Origin: Guillardia theta CCMP2712
Taxonomy: Eukaryota; Protista; Cryptophyta
Length of the DNA: 64,000 nt
Assembly: GCF_000315625.1 (NCBI RefSeq)
Contig: NW_005434629.1
Span: 62,001 to 126,000 of the forward strand
Direction of reading: 5' to 3'
Shown here: piece by piece, positions 52,331-64,000 of the stretch
Layout of the letters: every line of letters begins with the position of its first letter
How positions within the stretch are numbered: the stretch's first letter is position 1
Program-made: the position numbers and the translations under genes
The notes under the pieces: generated by a model
Seen by the model: the letters and a program-made list of their open reading frames with translations, nothing else
Told to the model about the DNA's origin: nothing
Database searches by the model: none

Positions 52331-53052
52331 ATGCTGATCGCTCGGATACTCTCCCTGCCATCGACAAGCACTCCGACTACCATCACCCGCGACCATATTC
52401 TGTAAAAATCACAATTTAAAACAATATCAAAAGTTTAACATGTATTTTAGTTTGCTCTAAAAATCTGTGATTTGTACGATTTCACAAGGTTTAACAGATG
52501 TAACGGGTTGAATTAGATACAATATGATTTTTATCTTATAACTTCTAGAATCTCACTTGTTAAAAACTGGCATCGGACCCTTGAACGGCCGGCGGCGGTC
52601 CGATCACGGCAGCCAGTGGCGACTCAGCCTGAGCCTCGGAGCCTGGAGCCACCGACCGTCGGTCACTGGCCAGGCCGGCGGGCCCCGGGCGTCGCACACG
52701 GTGCCGCCAGGCGGCAGTGAGTGCCGCCGGCGCGGGCCGCCCGAGGCTCCGACTCATCGGACCGTCCGCCGGTACCCCGGGTCCGGCGCCGGGCCACCGG
52801 CGGCGTTCCGACTGAGCCGTTCAACTCCGCAACTGGTTAAAACCCTGCCAGGCTGTCAGTGTAGTACTTTTGAAACTATGAAACTCAGGCTCGCCATTTA
52901 TACCGCACCGGGCATTTCGACTCCGGGGTCGGAGCCGTTTAGAGTCATATTCAACTGATTTATTGATCACATTAATGATTGGTTCCTTTCACCAATGCCC
53001 GGGTGACGCCGAGAATCGTGTTGGCAGATGAGTACAACTTGGCAAGCCTGTT

Positions 53053-54853
53053 TTAGGGGCTCTGACCGTGGATATAGTACCCTGGAAACCCGAAGTCCAC
53101 GGCCTCAGATTGTGCTTGCTGGATTGTGTTGAAGTTGCAATTCGCCCAGCCTGCATTAGCTTGCCAGGAAAACTGGCCAGGGCTGTCAGCGAAGTCGTCG
53201 GGGATGATTGCAGGGATGTACAAGGACGTGTTCTGCTGCTTCACGTCTTGGACCGGCACGAAACTCGAGCTCGGCGGCTCAACCTTCCAGTCCCAATCGC
53301 TTCCAGCGCATGGAGGAGGAGACGGGGTAGAGTGGTCGCTCTCGAAGCTTGTGCGGCTCTCTCCTGGACTCTTAGACTCGGACCCGTCGCTCCAGGGGTT
53401 CGAGGGATAGAATGCCGGGCTGTGGATTCCGTCCTTGATTGATAGCTGGTCAGCCATCTGAATGATGTGAGCGAACTTCTGCTCAATCAGGACGGCAAGT
53501 CGGTCAAGAATCCTGCGGCCCTGCGCAGTCCTGCAGCCATAGTGAGCAACGAAGGCGGTATGCAGTGAAGTCATGTATCACTTCGCAAGCTGCGCGATGC
53601 TCTCTCGCTGCCCGATCCTGGTTCGAGGAGAAGCAAAGGGCAAGTCGAGTGAGTGGGACGAGAACTCCCAAGGCAAGACTTACTGCTCGTCATACAGAAG
53701 CTCCTGCCCGGTGGAGATAGAACCAAAGAGCGAGACTAGCAACGGGATGCACATGTCTGGGGCCTTATTGACAGCCTGGACATCAGCACAGTTACTCAAC
53801 CATGCAGCATTCGCCATCCATCCAACACAAACCTGGTCGAACTCTTCCGCAGAGACCGGCGCGTAAGTCATCGAGATTCTAGAAATCCTCCCCAGAGCAT
53901 CGAAGGTCTTCTTCGTCGTCTGCCTTAATAGTACGCCCTCCGTGTGCCCGGTTCTGAGAGCATGAGGCGTCAGCCCCATCCTTTATATCACAAACTCGGA
54001 TTTACCTAAATACATTGGTGGAATATCGACAAAAGTTCGTGACAACTGGTTCTCTGATCCTGAAGACAAAGTTAGATTCACTGGATGAAAGCAAGAAGGG
54101 GAAAACTCTGTACCGAAGCATATCTTCCATGAATTGACACAAGAACCTCAGGTCAGTGGTGGGAATCCTCGCATCATTGCCCGCGATGCGAGCGAGACCC
54201 TCCTCTCTGTGCAGCCTGAAGAAACCGGCCATGGTTTGGTTGCAGTTGGCACTAGTCCGCTTGTTCTTGATGGGGTCCCACGTGAAGCATTGATACCCTA
54301 TTGATGAGTTCTCCCAGATCGAGTGCTCAGCACTCGCCTGACAAATCGCAGGCTGGAAGTCCTGGTTGGTGTTTGAACTCATTGAGTGGTGAGCCAACAT
54401 TTCCAAAGCCCCCAGAGCCCTGCCGAAGGAGCTCCGTAGAGCAGGCGTCATGGCCTTGAACATCTTATCAAGATCCTTCGCCACAAATCCCCATTCCCAG
54501 ATCATTCTCAGTGCGCGAACTGGGAGCTTCTTGGATTCTTGATCACGGAATACCACGTCATCGTGTATCAGCATGATGCCATCCCTTAAGGTCATCAGCG
54601 GTCGGTCGATCGTGTCGATTGTGTGAACAATTGTCAGCTGTGAGCTCTGTGTGCTTGGAATATCACCGCACGGTAATCCTCGGCTGATACACCTTGTACA
54701 AGGACGAGTTTCTTGGCATTTGGCTTTTGCTTTCCTGCACGCTTCACAAGCACTTTTTGCTATGTGTCTGTTCGACGACAACCATCGGCGCATTTTATAG
54801 AGATCATTCTTCTGCAAGGAGCCTTCTAAGGCTGACTCCGCAGCATTCGACAT
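53053..54853 (-). CDS. Zn(II)2Cys6 transcription factor, multi-exon paralog of 21112-22911
   Basis: SACEACRKAKAKCQETRPCTRCISRGLPC; downstream domain aligns by eye with the 21112 protein; Ser/Pro/acidic tail. Confidence 0.85.
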
Positions 54854-55848
54854 CCTGACAAGCTCTGCTCAACTCAATATCTTTGGAAATTCCTGCAAAA
54901 GCTATTTCGATGTCAAGATACAGAATTTATTTAACAAGACCAATTCAGAGTCATGGTGAAAAAGATGCAAAGGAACATGTTTGAAGCAGTGATAAAGCGT
55001 GAAATCATCACTTAGCTCTTCAGATAGGGGAATTCATCATAGCGCACACAACAGAAAACACGCGCCCTTGCCTTCGCCTACTCTATGAGATGTGCCATTG
55101 AGCAAACACATTTGGGGGGGTGTGCAACCAGGGAGCGCGCATGGGAGGAAAGAGAAGAAGTCAGATGAGGATGATGCTAGGTGCACACCATGGTCATGAG
55201 TATCATAAGGAGAGCGCGCATGAAGTTTCTCCAGCCGCCTCCTCTCACCTGCTCCGCCATGCACCCAACAACTGCTTCATGCGGGAGCGGGTCATCGATC
55301 GGCACACCAAAGACCACCCCAGCTTCATGTTCGTATCTGCTTGCACCCCTCATTTACACCGGAATAGAACCCTGTTATCTCCCTGTAAGCACCCCTTTTT
55401 CTTCCACTACCCTATCTTATCGACTGGCACCCTACCCCCAAAAAATCCTCCCATTCTACCCCCCCCCCAATTACGACCAAAAAGTTGCACCGGCCCAACA
55501 ACAAATCATACTTCCCAATTACAAATTCTCACAAAAATTCAACATTTTCGTTCTAATTTCAAAGTTTAAAAATATAAAACTGCTAAGAGCCAAGGGGGGT
55601 GCAAAAGGAACAGAGAGGGGAAGGGGTAGTTGCAACTCAATCAGGGGGTAGGGTAATTTTTCACAACAAAACCGGTCACGGTACCCTACGTTGGTCACGT
55701 TACCTGTCACGGTAAGGGACCCGGATCGAGCCGATGATGACGAGCCCGCCCCAATGCTTTCCGATTGTTCTGAGGCAGACCGGGTACATGGAAATTTGTG
55801 GTTTTAAACTTATTAGTCATTATTAAAAATTATAGAGAGACGCCGAAA

Positions 55849-57405
55849 ATGCCGGGTTACCATACCTGCAAGGTAGGATGCCTTCCCCTCCCCTCCCTCC
55901 CCCTTCCAGCACCACCACCACCACCACCACCACCACCAGCGCCATCAGCACCACCAGCACAACCAGCAGCTCCAGCACCAGCTCCAGCTCCAGCTCCAGC
56001 ACCAGCTCCAGCTCCAGCACCAGCACAGACATAGATATCGTCAGCAACATTACTGCCAACTCCTCCTGCTCCTTCCCCTCGTGTTCAGTGTGCCTGCTCT
56101 ACTCCCCATTATCATTCTCCTCTCCCAACCCATGCTCCCACCCCTCTAAACCCCTGCTTCCTTTCTCCTGCCTAGAATGATCGTTGGTACCATATTCCTC
56201 ACGTATTGCTTCCCCTCTCCAACAAACCCATACAGCCGTTGGGAAGATGCCTTCGATCCTCGTGATGATCCCTCTATGTTCGTCAACCTTGTTCCAACGC
56301 ACACTCCCTCTGTCCCAATCCCCCCTCCCTCGCATTGGCAGTCTCTCCTGACGGTGAACGGCAGATCCATGGCAACGACGTTCCGATCGAGTTCGAGCAT
56401 GCGGGGCTGGAGGAGCACTACCTGAAGATGAAGGAGATGAAGGCCTTCAATGACTGGTGCCGGGAGATGGACGAGGAGCTGGTTGTGTCCAAGGTGGTGG
56501 TGCAGTCCATCGACCTCTTCGGGCCGAGGATAGGCTTCCTCAAGTTCAAGGCGGAGGCGACGACGAGGGACGGGAAGCATGTGCCCGGCATCGTGTTCAT
56601 GCGAGGAGGAGCCGTCGCGATCTTTATCGTCATCACGTGCAAGGAGAGCAAGAAGCAGTACACGCTCCTCACTGTGCAGCCGCGGGTGCCCGTGGGGAAG
56701 GCGGCATTGTACGAGCTGCCGGCGGGGATGCTGGACAACAGCGGGGACTTTGTGGGGATGGCGGCGAAGGAGCTGGAGGAGGAGACGAGCCTCAAGGTGC
56801 AGAAGAAAGATCTGATGGACTTGACAGAGAAGGCGTTCGGGAGCGGCTGCCCCGGCATCTACCCGTCAGCAGGAGGATGCGACGAGTACCTGCGGATCTT
56901 CCTGTACCGGACGACGATGAGCCCCGAGGAGATCAGCAGCCTGCACGATAAGTGCACGGGGGTGCTGGAGGAGGGGGAGACGATCAAGCTGAAAGTGATT
57001 CCGATCGATGACCTGTGGTGAGTAGAGGAGAGGGGGGGAGGGAGGAGGAGGGGAGGGAGGAAGGGACAAGAGGGAAAAATGAGCATGGGCAGGCTATGTG
57101 GGTTTGAGGAGATCAGGAGCAGAGGAGAAGGAGGGGGCCGGTAAAGGGTCAGAAAAGCAATGAGACGCGGAGTTGGGTCTTGAGGAGAATTTGGATACGA
57201 AGTTCAGAGTAGGAGGTGAAGGCAGTGGAAGAGGTAGAGAGAGTAAGAGGGGGAAGGGAAGAAGAGGAGGGGGAGGAAGTTACACTGTTTGTTATGATGG
57301 TTAACATGGTTTGCTGCTAGGAGGACGGCTCCGGACGTGAAGGCGTTGTCAGCCCTCTGCCTGTATGAGAACTTCCTTGCCAGACGAGAGATCCCCAGCG
57401 ACTGA
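55849..57405 (+). CDS. Nudix hydrolase, plant NUDX14-like ADP-sugar pyrophosphatase
   Basis: QSIDLFGPRIGFLKFKA, PGIVFMRGGAV, QPRVPVG, Nudix box ELPAGMLDNSGDFVGMAAKELEEETSL, YPSAGGCDE, EGETIKLKV; last exon RTAPDVKALSALCLYE. Confidence 0.9.
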
Positions 57406-57812
57406 TCCGTCTCTCTTTCGCTTCCTCCCCCTCCCCACTCTTCTTTCCCCCTCCTCCTCAACCTTGTTGGTTTTCTTTTGCTGTTTTTGTTTTGTTGGTG
57501 GGAGGACTTGAACGATGAGGAACGGAGGGAACAAAGATAAGGATAAATGAATTGAGCAGCGACTCGTTGTCATTTACAAGAAAGGTGAAGGAGCGTGTAA
57601 TTTTTGTCGGTCAGAATGTCAGGAGGACAAGAAGCACGGGGACAGGGACGAGGCGATAGCAGTAGAGGGCGAGGGAGGGTGAGGGGGAACGAGGAGATCG
57701 AAGGACGAGGACAAGGCTAATGGGATGCGGCATGCGGTGACATGTTGATGTTTCTGATTCTGTTCACCTTGAAGAATTTAATTTACTGTGGCCATCAAGT
57801 TCTGACGTGACC

Positions 57813-57952
57813 TCATCGTTTCGCCTTTGCGTTTCTCTTGGGCTTCTTGCCCTTGTCTTTCTTCTGGCTCCCTGCCTTGGCCTGCGCACCATGTGAGTAG
57901 GAAGAGAGCTGGCGGTGAAGAGAGACGAGGAAGAAGTTAATGGGACGAGAGT

Positions 57953-57991
<39 letters not shown>

Positions 57992-59643
57992 TGGGAGGAA
58001 GCCAAGGAGGCAGGGAGGTAGGGAGAAGGCAGGGTTTGAGAGCAGGGAGTCAATGAGGTTGAGAGGAGGAGACGAAGGAGTGGAGGGGCAGCAGAGGAGG
58101 AGGAGGAGTCAAGGGGACCTTCTTTGCCGGCCTGTCTGACGCCATGAAGGAACAGAACCCAACCCCTTGTTGGCAGCCTGAGACAGAACTTCAATGGCTG
58201 CTCTGATAGAGGGGGAGGAGGAGGAGGAGGAGGAGGAGGAGGAGGAGGAAGGGAACGGGTTGGAAGGAGAGACAGTGGGGGAGAGGACAAGAGGAGGAAG
58301 GCACAGGAAGAAGAGGGATCAAGAGGAGCAGGAGGCAGGAACCTTTTCGTGGTCAAGGGTCGCTCCCTCGACTGAGACGATCTTGCTCAGCAGCTCCAGG
58401 TTCCTCTTCTTCTCATTCTGAAGCGTCTCCTGCAAGTTCGCCAGTCATCCGGAGACACAGGTGGTGACCTTGTAGGAGGAGGAGGAGGAGGAGGAGGAGG
58501 AGGAGGAGGAGGTGGTGGTGGTGGTGGTGGTGGTGGAGGAGGAGGAGGACGACGACGACGATGATGACGATGACGAGGGCAAGGAGGAAAGAATTGGGTG
58601 AATCGAGGAGAACAAGGATACAGAGAAGTTATTCAGGGAGGACAAGGAGGTACCGGATCGAACTTGCGGTTGGGTGCAGATTTCAATTCTCCCTTGAGCT
58701 TCTTGTCAAACTTGCCGAGAGATCCAGTTGACTTCTGAGCGAGCTTGAGCTGAGCCTTCGTCTGCGGACGGACTGTGAGAGGTACACGGAGCTAAAGGAG
58801 AAGACGTGGGGAGGGGAGCAAGGAGAGGGAGCAAGGAGAGGGAGCAAGGAGAAGCAAACAAAAGGGCAGGGGCACGAGGCGCGAGGAGAAGGTCGTTGGT
58901 AAGGGCACGTTAGATACTGGTGGAAGGGAGAAGGAGATGGAACAGAAGAGACTTGAGAACGGAGGTAAAGATGTTAAGGCAGGAGATGACAATGAGGAGG
59001 ACTAAGGGAACATGGAGAAAGGGAAGAACAAGGAGGAGGACGAGGAGAAAGAGGAAGAGAATGAGAAGGAGGAGGAGGGGCGCGGGAAGGGGGGAGGGGG
59101 AGGAGGAGGAGTGATTATTGACCTGGAGCTTCTGCTCCTGCTTGCTCGGGTTCTCCGAGAGCTGCAGGTGGGTCTTTCCATGGATCTCTTCGTCTGCGAT
59201 AGCAAATGAGCCCAGTGGACAGAGAACGAGGAGCAGGAGCAGGAGCACGAGCACGAGCAGGAGCAGGAACAGGAGCAGGAGCAAGGGCAGGAAGGAGGAG
59301 TAGGAGCAAGAGCAGGGAAGAGGAGCAGGAGCAAGAGCAGGGAGGAGGAGCAGGTGCAAAAGCAGGAAGAAAGAGGAGGTCGTACGGTTTCGCTTTTCCC
59401 TGTTCTTCTGCTTTTGCAACGTTTCCTGCGATGAAGAATGAGAAAGAGGAAGAAACCAGTTGCTATGCAAGAATCGATAAAGACAGGAGCAGGAGCAAGA
59501 GCAGGAGAAGAAAAAGGAGCAGGAGCAGCTGAGTGTTCTGCACCTTCTTCTCCATCTCCTTCTTCGTGAACGGATCACTTGAACCATCATCCTGCGGTCC
59601 TGCTTCCATGATAGGTGGAAGATCTTTTTCCGCGTTACTCGCT
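57813..59643 (-). CDS. RRS1: Ribosome biogenesis regulator RRS1, 3' half only
   Basis: ASNAEKDLPPIMEAGPQDDGSSDPFTKKEMEKK|ETLQKQKNREKRN; LKLAQKSTGSLGKFDKKLKGE; basic tail KKPKRNAKAKR*. The conserved N-terminal half was not found upstream. Confidence 0.7.
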
Positions 59644-59702
59644 CTGCCCACCAGCACGTGAGTTTGCTTACATACCATCCTTCTCCTCCCTCACCCCCCC
59701 CA

Positions 59703-59780
59703 TTCCTCCTCCTCCTCCTCCTCCTCCTCCTCCTCCTCCTCCTCCTCCTCCTCCTCCTCCTCCTCCTCCTCCTCCTCCTC
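59703..59780 (+). repeat. (CCT)n microsatellite at the PsbP-like/RRS1 junction
   Basis: Directly visible. Confidence 0.9.
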
Positions 59781-59784
59781 TCAC

Positions 59785-60611
59785 TTCCCTTGAGTCAAAA
59801 CCTTGTCAAGCACGTACTCTGGAGGCAAGTCGGAGACACTGTGGCCCTGGGCAGGAGCGACGAGGACAAAGGCGCTCTCTGCTGTGATGTAGTCCTGGAC
59901 TGTGATGCCGGCGTTGGTGCTGAGCTGCGTGATGCTGCATTAGAGGGGCGAGGGAGGGAGTAGCGACTGTGTGCTCTTACCTTCCACTTCTTTGGCTTTG
60001 TGAACGAGATAACAACTGGCAGGATGCAAGTCAAACAAACGATGCAGGCAGAAAGACGAGAAATCGGCCAAGGAGGAGGACAAAGACGAAGACGAAGACG
60101 AAGACGAAGACGAGGCAGCGGAGGAAGGAGGACAAGGAACTACCTGGGTTCCCCTTGCCATTGACAACCTCAGTGCTGAACTCATCAGGCTGGGAAGCGA
60201 GAGGGTTTGCGAATCCTCCGTCCCACTGCACTCCGACCTTGTCTGAATCGCCCCATCCGATCTTGTCATCGAACAGGGCACTCGCTACTTGCGGCCAAGC
60301 AGCAACTCCAGCCATCACCTCCAGCGCCATGCGACGTCCTCCTCGTTTCATGCTCATGCATGGTGCGAACCTCTGAGTCTGCCGACCCCTTGCAGCCATG
60401 TTGCTGTTGCAGACGGCGGCGGATCGGGATACGAATGAGGCAGGAGCCAAAGAGGACAAACAAGTATGAGAGAAGCATAAGAGAGGAGGGAGGGAGGAGA
60501 GGAGGAGGTAAGAACCATGGCCTCAAGGGAAGAGGACATGGAGGAGGAGGAGGAGGAGGCGATGGAGGCGACAAGCACCAGCATCGTCAGCGTCGTCGCC
60601 ATCGTAACCAT
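59785..60611 (-). CDS. Thylakoid-lumen (PsbP-like) protein, 5' half only
   Basis: Signal peptide MATTLTMLVLVASIA, a transit region, twin-arginine signal GRRMALEVMAGVAAWPQVASA, then VVISFTKPKKWK...AGITVQDYITAESAFVLVAP...DLPPEYVLDKVL. Confidence 0.55.
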
Positions 60612-61029
60612 CGTAATTCCGAAAACAACAAAGGATCCAGTGGGGTGGGGTTACTTAATTGGAGGGGTGGGGATAACTTTTGAGTACTGCTAAAAACGTT
60701 ATAAGACTTTCAAAAGGGGGTAGGGGTATACAGAAATTGGGGTGGTATTGTACGGGGGTGGTTTTGGAAGGATGTGGTGGTTGTTGTAAACTGCAAAGCA
60801 TTTCACTTGGGGGTACTCGATAAGGTAAAATGGTGGGGTATATGATAGTAAATTAGGGGGTAGGGGTTAAAAAGTAGGGGTGGGGTGATGTAATCCTTGG
60901 GTGTACCCACCCCCTTCGTGAAGGGAAAATGAGGGGTGAGGTAGGGGTGGAGAAGTTGGGGGATGAGGGTGCAAATGATGGGCGTCATGGAGGCCGCCAT
61001 GGTGGAAGGCGGAGGGGAGGGGAGGAGGA

Positions 61030-61240
61030 GACGAAGACAATGGCGGCAACGACGACGGCGGCAACGACGACGACAATGATGATGACGAAGAGAACGACGA
61101 TGATGACGATGATTACGATGATGACGATGATGACCATGTGGTTGTAGATAATGACGATGACGATGACGATGACGATGACGTTGGCAATGGCGATGGCAAT
61201 GGTGGTGGTGGTGATAATCTTGGTGAAGATAATAATGACC
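61030..61240 (+). repeat. Degenerate (GACGAT)n/(GAT)n intergenic repeat
   Basis: Directly visible. Confidence 0.8.
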
Positions 61241-61872
61241 AGAGTACAAGTAGAAGGGAAGATGAGCAGAGGAGAAGAGGAGGAGAGGAGACCAGAGTTT
61301 GAAGAGCACAAACACGAGCAATTTTTAGTTTGTCTGTGCGAAGACTGGGAAGGAGGCGAGCTTTGAGGAGATGAGAGATGAGGTATTCTTGAAGCAAAGC
61401 GATATGAGACAGGTTGGAAGGAAACATCAACAACATGTTGTTCAGATCAGAAGTAGGTAGGAGGAGCGAAGGAGGGTGGCGGAGTAGGTCCAAACCAAGC
61501 CGTGAGCCACTGAGTATGACGATGGTTGTGTTGTGAGGTCAGCTGCCTTATGAAGAGTAGGAGCAGTGTTGGGCGCTAGAAAACTGCATGCAGGAGAACG
61601 GGAAGCTCGATTAACAGCACAGGCAGACGATGATGTGTGGTTGGAAGCAGCTTGTGGTTGGAGGGAGGAGGTTGCGTTATTTGTGGTGGATGGGAATAGT
61701 GAAACAACACATGTCGAGACTAGATCACTCGAATACTGTCTGTCTTGTCAGTCGTGCCCTGTAGCGCAGTGAAAGTTCCTTCCCCGTGTTGCCTGCGGCA
61801 CCTCCACCCTGATCTGTTGCATGTCTAACATGGAGTGAGCAGGGTAAAGACAAGAGGAGGAAAACAAACGCA

Positions 61873-63771
61873 ATGACGAAAATCATGATGAGGATTTTCC
61901 TCGTCATGTGCTGCCTGCTCCTTCAGGCCCATAGCTTCCAAACCTTCACGACGTCATGGCATCGGTCGCGCACTGATCGCTCGTGCCTCTCCCGCTCCCT
62001 CCCCCACCTCCTCCCTGGAGCAGGCGCTCCCAAAGTCGCAGGACGCAGTCAGCTGAGGTCGGTCCGCATGGTCGGAGCGCTGGAGAGAAACTCTGCGACT
62101 GCTTCTCAGCTGTACTCCAGGTGAAGGAGCTGAGAGGAGTTTGCGGGTGGTCTGACGCCTACAGCAGGGACGAGCTGCCCGAGCTCTTCGACTCGCACGG
62201 GAGGCTGGACGCGAAGAAGTTTGTTGGGAAGTTGAGAAACGTTCACGGCCTGTGGGAGCAGATGACGAGGCTCTTCCCTGACCATGTTGCGCTCTCCGAC
62301 CCCCTCCATGGCTTCGGGGACGACATGACGTACAGCCAGGCGTCGGCAGCGATCACGCGCATGGCTGGGTTCTTGCAAGAGCTCGGGGTGCAGAAGGGAG
62401 ATAAGATAGCTCTCTTCTCGGAGAACAGCTACAGGTGGAGCCTCGTTGACTCGGCGATCCTTCAGGCTGGCGCTGTAGACGTTGTGCGAGGAGCGACTGC
62501 GCCTGTGGACGAGCTGAAGTTCATCTACTCGGACAGCGGGAGCAAGGCGTGCGTTGTGGAGAACGTGGAGCTGCTGGAGAAGCTGGTGAAGCAGGCGAAG
62601 CTCGGGACTGAGGTCGAGCCCGAGTTCGTGGTGGTGATGTACCCCAAGGACAAGAGCGGGGAGACGATCAAGAGAGAGGCTGGGCTGGGCTCAAGCTCGA
62701 CCCGCGTCGTCACAGTTGACGAGATGCTACAGTCTTCCAGCTCTTACACGCCAGTGTCAGTGGAGGAGGAGGATACAGCGACGCTGCTGTACACTAGCGG
62801 AACGACAGGGCACCCGAAAGGAGTGGTCCTGACCCATGGGAACCTTCTACACCAGATGCTGGAGAACGTCTACAGCCCTTCCCTCCCCCTCGAGCCCCTC
62901 CCCGGCGACGTTTTCCTCTGCATCCTCCCGTGTTGGCACATCTTCGAGCGCTTTGCCGAGTACTACTCGCTGGTGAGAGGAGCCAAGTTGGTCTACAGCA
63001 GCGTCAAGACCTTCAAGTCAGACCTCCTCCGCCACCGCCCCCACATCCTCGTCGCCGTCCCCCGTCTATACGAGAACGTGTTCCAAGGCGTCCAGGCCAA
63101 GTTTGCAGCAGGGTCGTCACTGCAGCGCATGCTGGTAGCGTTCTTCACTGCGGTAGCAACCAAGAAGATGGAGGCAAAACGCTCCCTCCTCAACGCTGCT
63201 GCTATCGAGCCGCAGGATCAGCCCGCGTTCCTCCAGCGATCCCCTGCCAAGAAGCTGCTTGACCAGCTCGTCTCCATGCTCACTGTCTTCCTCCTCGCTC
63301 CTTTTGCTGCCATCGGTGACCGTCTCATCTGGTCTAAAGTGAGCTCCTCCTCCTCCTCCTCCTCCTCCTTCTGCTCCTCCTCCTCCGCCTCCGCCTCCTC
63401 CTTCTTCTGCTCCTCCCTCCTCCCCCGCCTCCTTCTAATCCCCCTCCTCCTCCTCCTCTCTCCTCTCCTTTGCTCCCGCTTCTCCTGCTTCGCAGCCTCT
63501 GCGAAGTTTCCCTCACGCTCTTTTATTCTTCCCTTTTTTATGTCTGCTCCTCCCTCCTATCCTCTTCCTCCTTATCCCATGCCTCTCCCCTCCTCTCCCC
63601 TCCTCTTCCCTCCTCTCCTCTCCTCTCCTCTCCTCTCCTCTCCTCTCCTCTCCTCCTCTCCTCACTCTACACGACGGCTGACGCAGCAGCAGGTGCGGGA
63701 GGGTCTGGGAGGGAGGATCAAGTGCCTCATCTCAGGGGGAAGCAAACTTCCGACGGCGCTTGACAACTTCT
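61873..63771 (+). CDS. Plastid-targeted long-chain acyl-CoA / acyl-ACP synthetase (AAE15/cyanobacterial Aas-like), 3' truncated by gap
   Basis: Signal peptide MMRIFLVMCCLLLQAHS-F plus transit peptide; AMP-binding motif LYTSGTTGHPKGVVLTHGNL; LPCWHIFER; VPRLYE; VREGLGGRIKCLISGG. Confidence 0.9.
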
Positions 63772-63871
63772 NNNNNNNNNNNNNNNNNNNNNNNNNNNNN
63801 NNNNNNNNNNNNNNNNNNNNNNNNNNNNNNNNNNNNNNNNNNNNNNNNNNNNNNNNNNNNNNNNNNNNNNN
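63772..63871. other. Assembly gap (100 N)
   Basis: Run of N. Confidence 1.
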
Positions 63872-64000
63872 CTGCTGACACTGTGCAAGACTACCAACGG
63901 AGACAAGGTCACTTGCGGGTACAAGCTCGCTGTGGAGCTACTGCAGCTCCGACATGCGAGCGGAGGCTGCAAGATGAAGATGGTGAGCTCGATTGTATCT

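Noticed and set aside
56175-56310. Possible snoRNA in the first Nudix intron (two GTTGG...CCAAC stems, trailing ACA)
   Set aside because: No H box and no rRNA complementarity identified.

Overview
Eukaryotic nuclear DNA with many short (~45-55 nt) GT-AG introns, longer introns filled with (CCT)n/(GAGCAG)n microsatellites, and bipartite signal+transit presequences with Phe at +1. This points to an alga with a complex red plastid, most like a cryptophyte such as Guillardia (inference). Recognisable genes: pyruvate kinase, a TRM11-like methyltransferase, a PDZ protein, BTF3/NAC-beta, a NUDX14-like Nudix hydrolase, the 3' half of RRS1, the 5' half of a PsbP-like lumen protein, and a plastid acyl-CoA/acyl-ACP synthetase ending at a 100-N gap. 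The window is rich in lineage-specific or mobile-element-derived regulators: three Zn2Cys6 proteins (two share an unnamed C-terminal domain, one is fused to a PHD finger), a tandem pair of small HTH proteins with near-identical HTH-coding DNA, and a CENP-B/pogo DNA-binding protein without a catalytic domain. The most striking locus is a Crinkler-type NTPase+REase gene (37148-39345, minus) with a predicted signal peptide, one in-frame TAG, and a perfect 22-bp inverted repeat linking the CDS just past that stop to the 3' flank. Other leads: a candidate intronic H/ACA snoRNA in BTF3, a probable GA-AG intron in pyruvate kinase, a PsbP/RRS1 junction at a (CCT)n tract, and GC-rich word-biased intergenic islands. 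All gene models were spliced by eye and some ends are approximate.
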